A DNA stretch of 64,000 nucleotides from Octopus sinensis (GCF_006345805.1 NC_043002.1:5952001-6016000); one strand, 5' to 3'; shown: positions 1 to 14,200, counted from the first letter of the stretch. Made by a program: numbers and translations. Notes: a model not told the origin generated them from the letters alone.

Positions 1-317
1 GGACGATGTTACTACTTTTTAGCCCCAGGAAAACATCTTTTCTAGCTGGCTACCGACACATGGTCTGTGTCCGTATAGTGATAGCAAGGGAGTTTATTGC
101 TTCCTTTCAAGTATTAGCGATACCTGTAGACCAATGGTCTCTGGGTTATTTCCCTTCCGCGGTACAGGACAATCGCGGCACACAGTCGTTGATCGCGTAA
201 AAAGAAAAACAACAAATTCTAAGTCCCTGACTTTGCTCACAGTATACGGACACAGACCAAGCGTCGGTAGCCAGTTGGAAAAAGATATTTTCCTGGGGCT
301 AAGAAGTAACATCGTCC
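1..317. repeat. Imperfect inverted repeat (about 90-bp arms), MITE-like or foldback; may extend left of the window
   Basis: 1-91 (ggacgatgttactactttttagccccaggaaaac...tggtctgtgtccgtata) is the approximate reverse complement of 224-317; spacer about 130 bp. Confidence 0.75.
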
Positions 318-682
318 TGTGTAAGACTGCCACATTCTAGAAACTGTTTTGCTTTCGTATCAAGCGTTGGACCACAAAATACAATAATTTTAGAGTATAT
401 TCAAGGCTTTACAAATCTCTGTCATCCGACGAAACTCAACTCAAAAGGGAACTGTCTGTCTGTGTGTCCGTCAGTCACTCCCTCTCTCCCTCTTTCTCTC
501 CTCTTTCAGAAATAATATTTATTGAAATAACAAACTTTCTTACTTTGAATTATCAACCTTTGACTTTTTTCTCCTCTAAACTTTCTTTTATTTCTAATGT
601 TCTAAAAGACATCTAAAGCTAGAAATTATTTTCATTTTAATTGTTTGTCTAATTTCGAAATGTCACCGTGTTTGTAGTGTGT

Positions 683-724
<42 letters not shown>

Positions 725-892
725 CGCGTGTGTGCGCACGTATGTGTGTACACGACTGTCATCCTTTTGCTTTGAAGTTCTTTGTCTTCGAAGACAATGG
801 TATACAACAAAATTATAGCATTTTTTTCAATTGAAAACCCATAGTAATAAACAATCTCCCGTTTTTATTCTGTTACATACATGACGATTACA

Positions 893-1220
<328 letters not shown>

Positions 1221-2829
1221 TGCCTGTCTGTCAGTTTTGTCTCTCTATCCATCCAGTTATTTGCTCATTCTTTTATCTGCTTTTCGAAACGAGCCAAAAG
1301 GGACCTCTGCGTAGATGATCATCCAACTAGAAATAGTATAAATCTCCCTCAAATCCCACTCTACTTTGTTAAAAATTAGGACATATAGAGCAATGCAGTT
1401 TTAAATAAGCTGTATGTCTACCACAACCACTTAACGGCATGATGATCACCACCGGAACGCTTCTATTCATGGACATGCGCGATCAATGCTCATTTAAGAC
1501 TAATCAATACCAAAAAACAACTATTCGACAAGTTTATTACAGAAATAAGCCAAAAATATTCCACACTGAATTGCTTAATTAAATATTAAGAAATTGTTTG
1601 CCAAAATAATGCTTCACGGTATTTGTTCCAGCTATTTAAATTCAGAATTAAAATCCCGTCGATGTCAATTTTGTTTTTCATCAAGTATTAATTTTAGTAT
1701 TGGGGTTGATAAAGTCAACGAACCCACATCCCTTAAAAATTGCAGGCTTTGCGTTTAAATCATAAATCATTATTGTGGCAGTTTAATCCCAGATCAGCTT
1801 TGATCGAGTGGCCGTGTTCCACATCCGCAACCGTTCCATGATTTTATGTATCGAGGACTCGGTCACTATATCTAGCACGGTGAGAAACCTGGTAGAAGCT
1901 TCTTTGTTGACTCGGAAATCGGAAACACACATTAGTTTTACAGTGCTGGTGCTGTAGTACCTAATTAGCGCTAATTTGCTGATGCTATTAGTACCCAATT
2001 AGACTCAACGCACAGGTAGCGATGAAATACAAAACATCGAACTCATACCAGGAAATTCGATATCCTATCAATTCGGTCAGCGAGAAAATCCCTATATGCT
2101 CGTTCAACCAACCAGATTAAAGACTGCATCTTTGATAAAAGACTAAATAATTATATCAGTAATGGTGACCATATGGTACAAATGCCAACCCTAACTCATT
2201 ATGTGTTTTAAGGTGACACGCAATGGGCTTCAAAAGAAAAATATTTCTGCAATATCATGTTATAAAAACCATATCTAAAACTGAAATATAAGCACACTGC
2301 AATATCTGGGCTTTCATCTGTCAGGGTCGACCGTACAACTGTACATGTATGCATAGACCTAGGCAAGGGATTTTGAGGAAGGTTGGCAGTTGCTATGCAT
2401 CTCACTCTTCTCTCTCTCCATGGTACCAATGTTTATTCAAGGGAAAGGCCGCCGATTCGTGCCAATGAACTTCATATTGCAGATGCTGCTGTCAGCACGT
2501 GAAGATCCAGATGAGATACTGCAACGAATCATGCCTGACTCTCTGATATTTCCTTCATGTCGCCACCTTGGATTAATACTTTTTTTACCTGCTTACACCG
2601 AACGAATGTAAACCAAAACCTCGATAGTATTAGCACTCTGAGTGCAGAGTATCAGAATGAATGCTCTGTGGAATTCTTGTCAACGTCCTAATAATTTGAA
2701 CACTTCGCTGCTTCAACATTTAATAACAATATTATTGACGTAATAAAATTTTAAACACACCAGGATAAACGCGTCCATCACCACCGTCTACATTGTAGGC
2801 AACCAACTGGAAGAACAGTTAGAGATTTG

Positions 2830-3060
2830 TATAGACTTATTACTTATTTAAGCCCTTCGTTTCTTATGAGGCATAAGCAATCGACAGCGTTTTATCAACT
2901 GTTCTCGACTAGGGATGTCTTTTGCGCTTTTCTCCAAGAAGATCGCTGGATCGGATTTTCCTGCACCACGTCTAATATTTCCTTGAAGGAAGACTTTCCT
3001 ATCTTAAGTATTGTTGGCTTTGAATTGTTGTCGATGCTTCAGTAACTTTGCTTTTTTTCT
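2830..3060 (-). mobile_element. Degenerate 3' end of an RTE-like LINE
   Basis: Minus strand reads ...QRSSWRKAQK...AVDCLCLIRNEGLK*VISL, resembling RTE ORF C-termini ending in a short taagt-type tail. Confidence 0.4.
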
Positions 3061-3772
3061 AAGTGAATTGCTGGCCCTATGCAAACATATTACTTTTGGG
3101 GGAGAGTTGGGTCATATTAATCTGGCCTCTATCCTTTGACTTGTTCAACATGGGAGGCCCAATCAGGAACTAGCGCTTCGCAGCCATAGCTCTCGGGGTT
3201 ATTGAGAAACACAAGACACCACGCTGCAGCAAGAACTGGAGCTTGTGAGGAGCAGATAGAATGCCTTGTGGTATTTGTTTCAACCCACTGCATCCAGCCG
3301 TAGTCATCTCTTCCTTTCAACCTTTCAGGGTAAATATAATAAATACAGGATGGTCGATTAGTGGAATTGTTAGATCGTTGGACAAGGGTCCTTGTAATAT
3401 CTGTTCTGATGTTTGCGTTCTAAGCTCAATTCCACTTTGGATCACCGGTACTATCGTGACAGAAAGGAGGCGTTCGTGACCAGGCTAACGGTGACGTCCA
3501 CCAATGTCAGAGCGTCGATTGGCGCAACATAATTGTGTCAATGCAAAAACGGGCGGATCCTGCAGGTCAGGAAAATTAGCCCTATATACTCATAAAAAGT
3601 CAGGTTGGTCACGACTAGAAAGCCCTATGATCAAATGGGTTTGATTTACATTTATCTAGCAACAACAACAAACCCAATTTGTCCTAAGCTCTCCCACATA
3701 CGTACAATATTTTTCTAAACTTCAACGTATTACTCTTCATGAGGAATATTTTAAGGATGTGGTGGACAACGA

Positions 3773-3980
3773 ATAACCTGGCTGATGACAGTCAAGGCTG
3801 ATCTGGAACCCAATCCCATATCTACGGCGTTCGTCGCTAGAATAAGGAGTGGTTGGAGGTCACGCGGTCGTTAGCCTCAAATCGCCAGGTTTGGTCGGCG
3901 TTTGTGAGAGATGCAGCATTGAGGATGAATGAAGCCAGTTCAACCCACCCCGGGTAAATGCTGTCAAGTCAAGTCAAGTA
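3773..3980 (+). mobile_element. RTE-clade LINE 3' fragment
   Basis: Translates (with frameshift and stops) as TWLMTVKADLE..IYGVRR*NKEWLEVTRSLASNRQVWSAFVRDAALRMNEASSTHPG*; ends in a (caagt)3 tail. Confidence 0.7.
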
Positions 3981-4382
3981 TTACTCTTCGTTGTTGTTAG
4001 CGAAATTCCAGAGTTGGAACTTCGTTTCATTGTTAGAAACCAGCTGGAAGGATGCGAATGATTAAAAAAACAAAAAAACATACAGGTAAAACAGACAGAT
4101 ACATACGTAACATATTATAGGTCATGGCCTCTTCTTAAGGTGTGGCGTGTTGTTTGATAAGATAATGGTAGAAAACAGCAGGATGCTTCGATATTTGTCA
4201 CTTTTCACAAAGGTAATCATGCAAGACCGCTCAAATCATAACTGGCGCGTAAAAACAGAAAGTCAACGCCACATACACACAGAACCACATACACATATAT
4301 ATGTATGTGCGTATGTATATTTATATGTGTAGATATACATGTATATATTTGAATGCATATACACACACATATGCATATATAT

Positions 4383-4439
<57 letters not shown>

Positions 4440-4807
4440 TGTTTGTGTGCCAGTGGGTGTATTGTATTGTATTTGAAATTGCAGCGTCTTGAATCGTTAC
4501 AGGGTTTCACGTTGCCGGCAATTCAAACGATTCGTCTGAATAATCGGTAACCAGAAACATAATATATCGGCCCAAGAATTTTTCATCTTCTAACAAAATG
4601 TACAAAATATTTTTTGCTTTTGAATTCAAAAACAATTTTTACGAAAACTTTTTTCTGTTATAAACACTTTTCAGTAAAATATGACACTCCTTTTTTTTCT
4701 TTTGCATGTGTGAAATTCACTTTATGAAAACACGCACTAACATTTTTACTCTAAAACTGTTATAAAAAGTCGCTGATTATGTGAAAATACAATTTTATAT
4801 ATGAACT

Positions 4808-5256
4808 TCTGACCGCATGAACTTCGTTTCATGCGGTTCATCTTGAGACCTACTACAGAGCTTTTGATGTCGAGCTCTGTCAGCATGGTCTGAAGCTGAT
4901 CCGTGGTTTCAGCGATGATTACGATGTGATTACGATGATCACGAGTAGCGAGGTCATCAGAAAGAAGTCCGACGTGAGGGATGTCATCGCAGAGTATACA
5001 CGCAGCAAGTTTAGATGGGCTGAACACGTCACCCGGCTCACCGATAATCGGTGGACACACGCAGTTGTCGAGTGGTATCCGCACGAGTGAAAACGACCAC
5101 TCGGAAGGCCTCCACGACGGTGGAGTTACTATTTCAGGAGGACGATTGGGATCACGTGGATGAGAAAGGCGCGATCCAGAGAGGAGTGGACAGCGTGCTG
5201 TGACCAGCGGTGTCAAATGGACGCCCGTCGGACTGGCCGGTCAAAGTGATCAAGGT
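4808..5256 (+). mobile_element. 5'-truncated RTE LINE with an inverted 5' segment
   Basis: About 4935-5249 (+) reads SEVIRKKSDVRDVIAEYTRSKFRWAEHVTRLTDNRWTHAVVEWYPHE*KRPLGRPPRRW...RSK*. About 4808-4932 (-) reads HIVIIAETTDQLQTMLTELDIKSSVVGLKMNRMK, the RT segment just after the YADD motif. Confidence 0.85.
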
Positions 5257-5370
5257 AATATATATATATATAATATATATATATATACACACACGTATAT
5301 ATAAGAATTTTTTGCGTAATGAGATAAAAGACAAAGGCTGTGTAGATATTAGAACATTTATAGATAGACG

Positions 5371-5422
5371 GTCTTACAGCTGTTTCCAGGGTATTTATTA
5401 ATTATATCCCTTCATCGGAGAC
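5371..5422 (-). ncRNA. Minimal type I hammerhead-ribozyme-like motif (CCGAUGA core variant)
   Basis: Minus strand GUCU CCGAUGA AGGGAUAU-loop-AUACCCU G GAA ACAGCUGU A AGAC. Stem I GUCU/AGAC, stem II GGG(A)UAU/AUACCC, palindromic stem III ACAGCUGU, GUA cleavage triplet. Confidence 0.6.
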
Positions 5423-5786
5423 GGTGTGAGGGGATGGATATATATATGGGGTGTGCGTGAGCGTGTTTGTGTGAATCTGTGAAAATTAGCTCACTTCATT
5501 TCTTTAGCTGCCTTCTGGGATTTCTTACATACATGCATACATACATACATACATACATACATACATACATACATACATACATACATACATACATACATAC
5601 ATAAGGAGAAAGCTGATTCGAGGACTACAGATCCAATCGCTCATTGGAACTGTAAAAATCTGTAAAACTTTCCAGAAGTTTATCATTTAAATATACATGA
5701 GCTTTTCTAGATAAGAAACCTTATGCATCAGAATACACACATAAATCAAAACACAAATCTGTACATATACATCATATACATACTTA

Positions 5787-6860
5787 CAGTGGTTGGACAA
5801 AATAATGGAAACACCTTAAAATTTTAAACAAATTCATTTTAATATGGAGTGGGACCGCCTTTGGAAGTAATTACATCTCGAATTCTACGAGGTATGGATT
5901 CGTACAAAATCTGAATTGTTTCCAAAGGAATTTTTGTGCAGTCTTCAGCTAAAACAGTCTCCAGTTCCTGTAGTGATGATGGTGGAGGATATCAACTCCT
6001 TACTTATTTTTCTAAAATGCACCATAAATGTTCAATATTATTGAGATCTGGGGACTATGGTGGCCAGATCAGATGTTCAACTTCACTAGAATGTTCCTCG
6101 TGCCATTCAGTAACAACATTAGCTGTGTGAATTGGTGCATTATCATCCTGAAAGATTGCGTTTCACACCGGAAACAGTTCCGAAAGCATAGGATGAATCT
6201 GATCAGATAAAATGCTTAAATAGTCTTGACTATTAATTCTGCTATGAAGGGAAACCATTGAGCTGGCGGATTTCCAAGATATAGCCCCCACCAGATTATC
6301 ACAGATCCGTCTCCATGTTTAAGAATTGGAAGAAGGCAGTCTGGGTCAAATGCTTCCTTTGGCTGTCTCCCTACGTATACTCGGCCGGTGGCCGGAAATA
6401 CGGTAAAGGATGACTCGTCCGAGAAAATAACATTCTTCCACTACTCTAGGGACCAATTCTGTAGGTTTTTACTCAACTCTAAACGCTTTGCAATGTTTGT
6501 TTTTGAAAGGAGTGGTTTTCTGATTTCAGCCCTCCCGTGAAATCCGGGTTCTCGAACTGGTCATTAAGCTCTGCAGTAATTTTGGGAGCTGTACTTTTGT
6601 GATCCTTTCTAACAATTGGCGTAAGAGTCTGACGGCCCCTATCTGAAAGTTTTGGTTTTCTTCCGGAGTTTTGTTTCAACAACGAGATTTTTCCTTCTCT
6701 CTCAAAGGCTGTCATTACTTTCGAGACAGGACTTAATGATAAACAAAACATTTCGGTTGTTTTCATTATGCTAGCACCTGCCATATGAGCACCAACAATT
6801 TGACCTCTTTGAAAGTCCGATAGATCTGCCATTCTTATGACAGCTACTTTTTGAGATAAA
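5787..6860 (-). mobile_element. Tc1-family transposon, one TIR retained, 5' end lost
   Basis: TA followed by cagtggttggacaaaataatggaaacacc at 5787; transposase remnant on the minus strand; no matching second TIR seen. Confidence 0.9.
5839..6832 (-). pseudogene. Tc1 transposase pseudogene, DD36E spacing
   Basis: MADLSDFQRGQIVGA...GRKPKLSDR (paired-like HTH), VIFSDESSFT, IFQDDNAPIHTA...WPP*SPDLNNIEHLW, C-terminal GGPTPY*. In-frame stops and an internal deletion after ...NDQFENP. Confidence 0.9.
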
Positions 6861-7994
6861 ATAATTGAAATTTGATTCATTGAAAATTGGAATTTAGGTC
6901 AAAATATGTGTGGTCAAAAATGAGAGAGAAATGCGAAAAACTGACTCTAAATCAGAAAATCTCAATTACTTTATAAGAAAAGTATAGATTAATTGGGCTT
7001 TAAAGAATGTGTTTATTACGAATAATCTTTTAGTGAAAAGTCTTAGTTACGAAAAAATGACGAAAACAAAAATGGCTAGCAAACCCCAAAACTGATTTTG
7101 AATCAAAATATCTCAGTTATTAAGAAAGAAAACTACACAATAGTTGTATTCAAATGGAAGAGCTGTATGAGATAAAATTTATGGCGAAAACCTTGTCACA
7201 AAATAATAGTTACAAAAAGAGTTGTACGGAAAAAGGGGATAATTTAAAGAAATCAAAATATTTTTAGCGTTTTTATGAGAAAAACTGTATTATTTGAATT
7301 TAAATGAAAGGGTTTATCGAGACAATTACTTGGGAGAAAGCCCTGTCTAAAAATATTAAGCATAAATTTTGTTATGAATTTTTTCGATTTCACAGTAGTT
7401 TTTATCAATCTTTGTCGCTCGACTTAGCGAGAAATAGTAAGCAAATTCCCTTCTTATAAAACGTTGATTGAAGAGAAAGGCTACATTTGCTAAAGTAGCC
7501 CTGATCGAGCAAATCTACGACTAAAAATATTCCAGCTATGACTATCCCGTTTAATTCCTACGTCCAGTGAACTTTCGATTACATTATCTTAAATATCCCT
7601 TTTAAAGATATGACTACTATTTCTAGCAGTTTCAGTGAACATCTATTTACTATGTGCAGGCAACCTAGTGCCACATTATTCAATGTATCCTTTTCTAAGA
7701 CGACTAGAGGACAACATTAATGACCGTATCATCTTTTAAACCGGCAAGTTATGATTTGCTGGAAATTCTAGCGCTTTAAATTCAGTGTCATATTAATCCA
7801 ACCTGTTTTTTTAAAGACAGTCATGTGAGATTTATAGGCGATTTCGCTGCTATTTCTAGATAACGAAACAGAACACAACATCTAACTTTCTTAAGAAGTT
7901 AGGATGTGATTTGAGGGAGATTTTGTTGCTATTTCACGAACCACGTAGGAGCCTCCCTGTTAGTACGTGTTGTTATTGTTGATATTTCTTATAA

Positions 7995-9006
7995 GGCGGC
8001 AAGCTGGCAGAATCGTTAGCACGCCGGGGGAAATGCGTAGCCGTATTTCGTCTGCCGCTACGTTCTGAGTTCAAATTCCGCCGAGGTCGACTTTGCCTTT
8101 CATCCTTTCGGGGTCGATTAAATAAGTACCAGTTACATACTGGGGGTCGATATAATCAACTTCATCCCTTTGTCTGTCCTTGCTTGTCCCCTCTGTGTTT
8201 AGCCCCTTGTGGGTAGTAAAGAAATAGGTATTTCGTCTGCCGCTACGTTCTGAGTTCAAATTCCGCCGATGTCGACTGTGCCTTTCATCCTTTCGGGGTC
8301 GATTAAATAAGTACCAGTTACACACTGGGGTCGATATAATCGACTTCATCCCTTTGTCTGTCCTTGCTTGTCCCCTCTGTGTTTAGCCCCTTGTGGGTAG
8401 TAAAGAAATAGGTATTTCGTCTGCCGCTACGTTCTGAGTTCAAATTCCGCCGAGGTCGACTTTGCCTTTCATCCTTTCGGGGTCGATTAAATAAGTACCA
8501 GTTACACACTGGGGTCGATATAATCGACTTCATCCCTTTGTCTGTCCTTGCTTGTCCCCTCTGTGTTTAGCCCCTTGTGGGTAGTACAGAAATAGGTATT
8601 TCGTCTGCCGCTACGTTCTGAGTTCAAATTCCGCCGAGGTCGACTTTGCCTTTCATCCTTTCGGGGTCGATTAAATAAGTACCAGTTACGCACTGGGGTA
8701 AATATAATCGACTTAATCCGTTTGTCTGTCCTTGTTTGTCCCCTCTGTGTTTAGCCCCTTGTGGGCAGTAAAGGAATACGTATTTCGTCTGCCGCTACGT
8801 TCTGAGTTCAAATTCCGCCGAGGTCGACTTTGCCTTTCATCCTTTCGGGGTCGATTAAATAAGTACCAGTTACGCACTGGGGTCGATATAATCGACTTAA
8901 TCTGTTTTTCTGTTCTTGTTTGTCCCCTCTGTGTTTAGCCTCTTGTGGGTAGTAAAGAAATAGGTATTTCGTCTGGCTCTACGTTTTGAGTTCAAATCCT
9001 GCAGAA
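7995..9006 (+). mobile_element. tRNA-headed SINE (family A) followed by a tandem array of headless 184-bp units
   Basis: Head ggcggcaagctggcagaatcgttagc at 7995. Unit start gtatttcgtctg recurs at 8043, 8228, 8412, 8596, 8780 and 8964. B-box-like gagttcaaattcc in each unit. Confidence 0.92.
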
Positions 9007-9619
9007 GTAATCGACAAATTGCCCCTTCACAAAATTGCTGGCCTTGTGGTTAAATCACATACGAAAGTTTAATTGTTGTTGTCGGCGATGTTTATTTCTA
9101 CGTCCAACCTGATCCATCAAACCTGTGATCAAAGGCACGCCATACCTTTTCCTACGCTCGGGGAACCCCTCCCCTATATTATATAACGTAACCATCGTTT
9201 TTTTTCATGATTTGAGTGAGATTAGGTTTCTATTTCTAGCGGGATGAGTGACCACATAGGGGCTCCTATTTTGGTTTGGTGATGGAATGGGTGATATCAG
9301 GGCTAATGAATAAAAAATAAATAAACACGTATTTAAGACGATGTCTGGGGGGAAAATGAAAGAACGAAAAGTAAAACAAAACTAAAAAAAATCAAATAAA
9401 CAACATTACCTACTAATATTTAAATTTCTGAAGGATCTAAGCTTATTGAAATATTTATAGGTAAGTAATAAAACTTACCTTGTGTCACACAGCTAACCTA
9501 CACACACATTCACAGGTAACACATCTATACGTATATAAAAACAGGCAAAAAATAACGTGTATATACATATGTTTATAAATATGTATAATTTTACATACAC
9601 ATATATTACATTCCTATAT

Positions 9620-9677
<58 letters not shown>

Positions 9678-9732
9678 CCAACATATATATATAGATAAAC
9701 AGATATATAAATATATTTATATATACATATAA

Positions 9733-9767
<35 letters not shown>

Positions 9768-10751
9768 AACTGATCTATATTTATATATACATACATATAT
9801 ATATTTATATATATATACACATATATATGTATATATAAACAGATTATAAATATATATTTATATATACATATAAACATATATATATATATATATATTATAT
9901 ATATGTGTGTGTGTGTGTATGTATATATATATACTTTTGTACTTACATACACATACACATAATATATGTATCTTCGGTGATCTTTTTACGATCAACAACT
10001 GTTCTCTGGTAGTGTATCGCTTTTCACCATGAAGCTATAAAACTCAGATTAACATGAAAGTACTGAGGTAAGACTATTTCTGCTTTCTTGAAATGCCTCA
10101 GTAAACTTTATGAGGAAGTTTGATGAGAATGTTAGTATTAGAAATAGTTAGATATTTCTTTTTATTTTCTCATATTGGATGATGCGGTGATGATAATGAG
10201 AGTAGGAGTGGTGTTCGTGGCGGTGGTGCTGGTGGTGGTTGAGGCGGTGGTGCTGGTGGTGGTTGTGGAGGTGGTGATGGTGGTGGTTGTGGAGGTGGTG
10301 GTGTGGTTGTGGAGGTGGTGGTGGTGGTTGTGGAGGTTGTGGACGGCAAATATATTTGAGTTGGGGATCGAGCAAACGATTTCTTAAGTCGGCGCCATCT
10401 TACGTTATGTCTATGCATATGTATGTGTGTGTGTGTGTGTGTGTGGTGTGTGTGTGTCTGTGTGTGTATACATGCATATATACATACAATACATGCACAC
10501 ATATATATGTATGTACGTGTGTATGTGTATATGTATGCATGCACACAAGTATGTATGCATTCGCAGACGCACACAAATATATACATGCAGATGCGCACAG
10601 ACTCGCGCGTGCACATACATATATACATATATGTATATATACATATATATGCATATGTGCGTGTGAGTTTGTATATATTTACATATGAATATACTTTATA
10701 CATATGAAGTTTTCTTTCTTGCTTTACACACATGTGCATAAAGACACATCT

Positions 10752-10835
<84 letters not shown>

Positions 10836-11286
10836 ATATATATATAGATATATATATATATATATACATACATATATATACATATATATACATACACACA
10901 CACGCATACATATCCCTGATGATTCAGAATTTGAAAGGAAGATAAACAATTTATACAACTCTCGACCACTACGTTATCTCCCCCACCCCTCCCGCCTACT
11001 CTAGCACCACAACAACAACAACAATCACTACAACTCGTCACCTTTACGCTTCACCAACGCCCTGCATCACCGCCGCACCACCACCACCACACCACCACCA
11101 CCACCACCACACCAGCATCAACACCACAAAACCCCACCATCACCGTCAACACCTTCTCCACCACTGCAACCGACCACAAACACAACAACAAAACAATACA
11201 AAATAAATGCTTATCTACCTTATATTGAAACATCAAATTTGCTGAATCAATCGATAAATGTATGCAGCACGCACTACACACGCCAC

Positions 11287-11288
<2 letters not shown>

Positions 11289-11338
<50 letters not shown>

Positions 11339-11340
11339 GC

Positions 11341-11413
<73 letters not shown>

Positions 11414-11432
11414 CATTTATCTATTTATCTGT

Positions 11433-11474
<42 letters not shown>

Positions 11475-11482
11475 GTCTATCG

Positions 11483-11547
<65 letters not shown>

Positions 11548-11618
11548 AATCATATATACACAAGATATATGTACATGCCTGTAACTATCTTTCTATGTAT
11601 GCATGTATGTATGTATGC

Positions 11619-11651
<33 letters not shown>

Positions 11652-11669
11652 TGTATGTATGTATGTATG

Positions 11670-11712
<43 letters not shown>
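11289..11712. repeat. Compound (TCTA)n-(TGTA)n-(TCTA)n microsatellite
   Basis: Direct reading. Confidence 0.95.
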
Positions 11713-12316
11713 GTGTGTGTGCTTATATACAAAAACATACATTTATACACACACACATATATGTATCAGTGTCTCTTTTTATTAGTCTTACAGTTTTATC
11801 TCATCTTACATTCGATCCCTTTTAACTTTTTTCCCGTCTTTCTCCCCACCCCACCCCCGCCAATATTACGTTGACGAATATGATTGTTATGGTTGGTCAT
11901 TCTTGCTTTTGCTCCACAATATCTTTTACCTTGTTTCTTCTGTCCAATGCCATTTTTTCCACGTAAATATATATTTATTTGCCTGTTCATACCTGCATGC
12001 AAGAATACCTGCACGTAGCCACTCGCGGACATACTTAGAAACACACATACAGACACACACGGGTGAATACACGCACACACACACACACATTCAGGAGGTA
12101 CACGTAAACACATGAACTCAGATACACAAAGACAAGCACTCGCATACACACATGATCATGTAAATACAACCATAAAATAAGTCTGCTTAAATCTTGTCAA
12201 CAGATTTATATCAATATAATTCTACACACACACAAGTGTATATATTATACACACACACATATATATACGTATACATACATACATGCATATAAATATATAT
12301 ATATGCATATACATAC

Positions 12317-12348
<32 letters not shown>

Positions 12349-12583
12349 ATATGTGTATATATACATATATCCATATATATACATGTATACATATATATAT
12401 ATCCATATATATATATATCCACATATACTTATATATATACATATATACATATATATATATATACATATATACATATATATATATACATATATAGATATAT
12501 ACATAAAATATATACATAAATATATGCATATATACATATATATTACATATATGTATGCATATATACAGACATACATATACATG

Positions 12584-12639
<56 letters not shown>

Positions 12640-12992
12640 CGGATTTGTATGCATATATACATACATACATACACACACACACATATATATATATATATAC
12701 ACACACTTACATGTTTCTGTGTGTGCATGTATTTAAATATATATAGAAGCATATACCTTTTCTGTATATGTGTGCATATATTTATATATGTTTGCATACG
12801 TGTATACACACTCACACATATATGCATACATACATCTCTTTCTTATTCTCTCTCTCCCTCTCACTTTCTAGACACACACACACACACACACGCACACACA
12901 TATGCCTAATGTACTTACACGAATTTGCTGAAATCGATTTTGCCAAAAACATAGATCTTTACATTTGTTATCATTATACTTATTGTTGTTGC

Positions 12993-13036
<44 letters not shown>

Positions 13037-14041
13037 GTTGTTGTTGTTGTTGTTGTCCGCTATTTATATTCTTCAATTGATCGTTAATGAATATGATTTA
13101 AAAAAACCTAAAACTTAAAAACTAAAAAAGATATAATCATAAATTATATTTTATTTTATTTTATTTTTGTAATGATTTCTTTATGTTTGTCTGAAACTAA
13201 TTCTCTTTTATGGAGAATATCCATAAAACGATTCTTAAATTTCTTTAAGAATGCGAAACATTTCACGGAAATGTTTTTCAAAAATTGCTAAATCGAGCCG
13301 TACGTTGCTATAATTATAAAAGTCTACGGAAATACCTTTCAAACAAAGCGAAGGCTATCAAACGAATGTTTCATCTTAGTACAAACTTAATGAAAAGACA
13401 TTTTTAACTTGCAAGAAAGTAAGTCGGAACTAAAAAAACAAAAACAAAAACAAAACAAAAAACAAAAACAAAAACAACTTCAAAACAAACAAAACAAAAC
13501 AAAATGCCAAAAATCAAAAACTAAAACTAAATAGACAAGTAAACAAATGAACAAGAATAAAAGAGGCCTCTTTTAGCAACAAATAACAATTTATCCAATT
13601 CTGAGGAAATCATATCAATCAGTCATTCAATATTTACAATTGCATCGTGGTATAATAATCATGATAGCCATTTAAAACATATATATACATACCGTCGTAT
13701 TCACTTTTGTTTTATTTTGTAATATATTATCAAATATGATTGATGTATCAGAATCTTTCGTTGTACATCTATCATACCGCATGGCCGTAGGTATTTTATT
13801 ACGCTGTAATCTGATACAGAAGAATTAAAAGAACCAAGATTTCGTCTGAGTGGTGGATTTTCAATTATTAAAATGGATCCATCTGCCATTAACCGTTTAA
13901 TATGACAAAAAAAAAAGTAGATAGATTAATTTTATTTGTAATGAGCTGCAGGGTTGGAGGTTACTCGTTCGAACCTGTTGGTCTTCCGGATACGAGTGTC
14001 AAAACCCAAGTCATAAATAAGTAATGACAGGCTCTTATACT

Positions 14042-14200
14042 TGAGTTCAAATTCCGCTGAGGTCGACTTTGCCTTTCATCCTTTCGGGGTCGATAAATTA
14101 AGTCCCAGTTATACACTGGGGGTCAATGTAATCGACTTAATCCCTTTGTCGGTCCTTGTTTGTCTACTCTATGTTTAGCCCCTTGTGGGTAGTAAAGAAA
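14042..14200 (+). mobile_element. 5'-truncated SINE family A copy
   Basis: gagttcaaattccgctgaggtcgactttgcctttcatcctttcggggtcgat...gtgggtagtaaagaaat matches the 8-kb units. Confidence 0.9.

Noticed and set aside
8043-8964. Regular 184-bp repeats as a CRISPR-like array or coding repeat (MKSIISTPVC... ORFs)
   Set aside because: There are no unique spacers; the units are whole SINE bodies and the ORFs are their antisense frames.
10069-10112. tactgagg...cctcagta hairpin with CUGAGG/GAAA
   Set aside because: The inverted repeat overlaps the would-be core, which is incompatible with a hammerhead fold.
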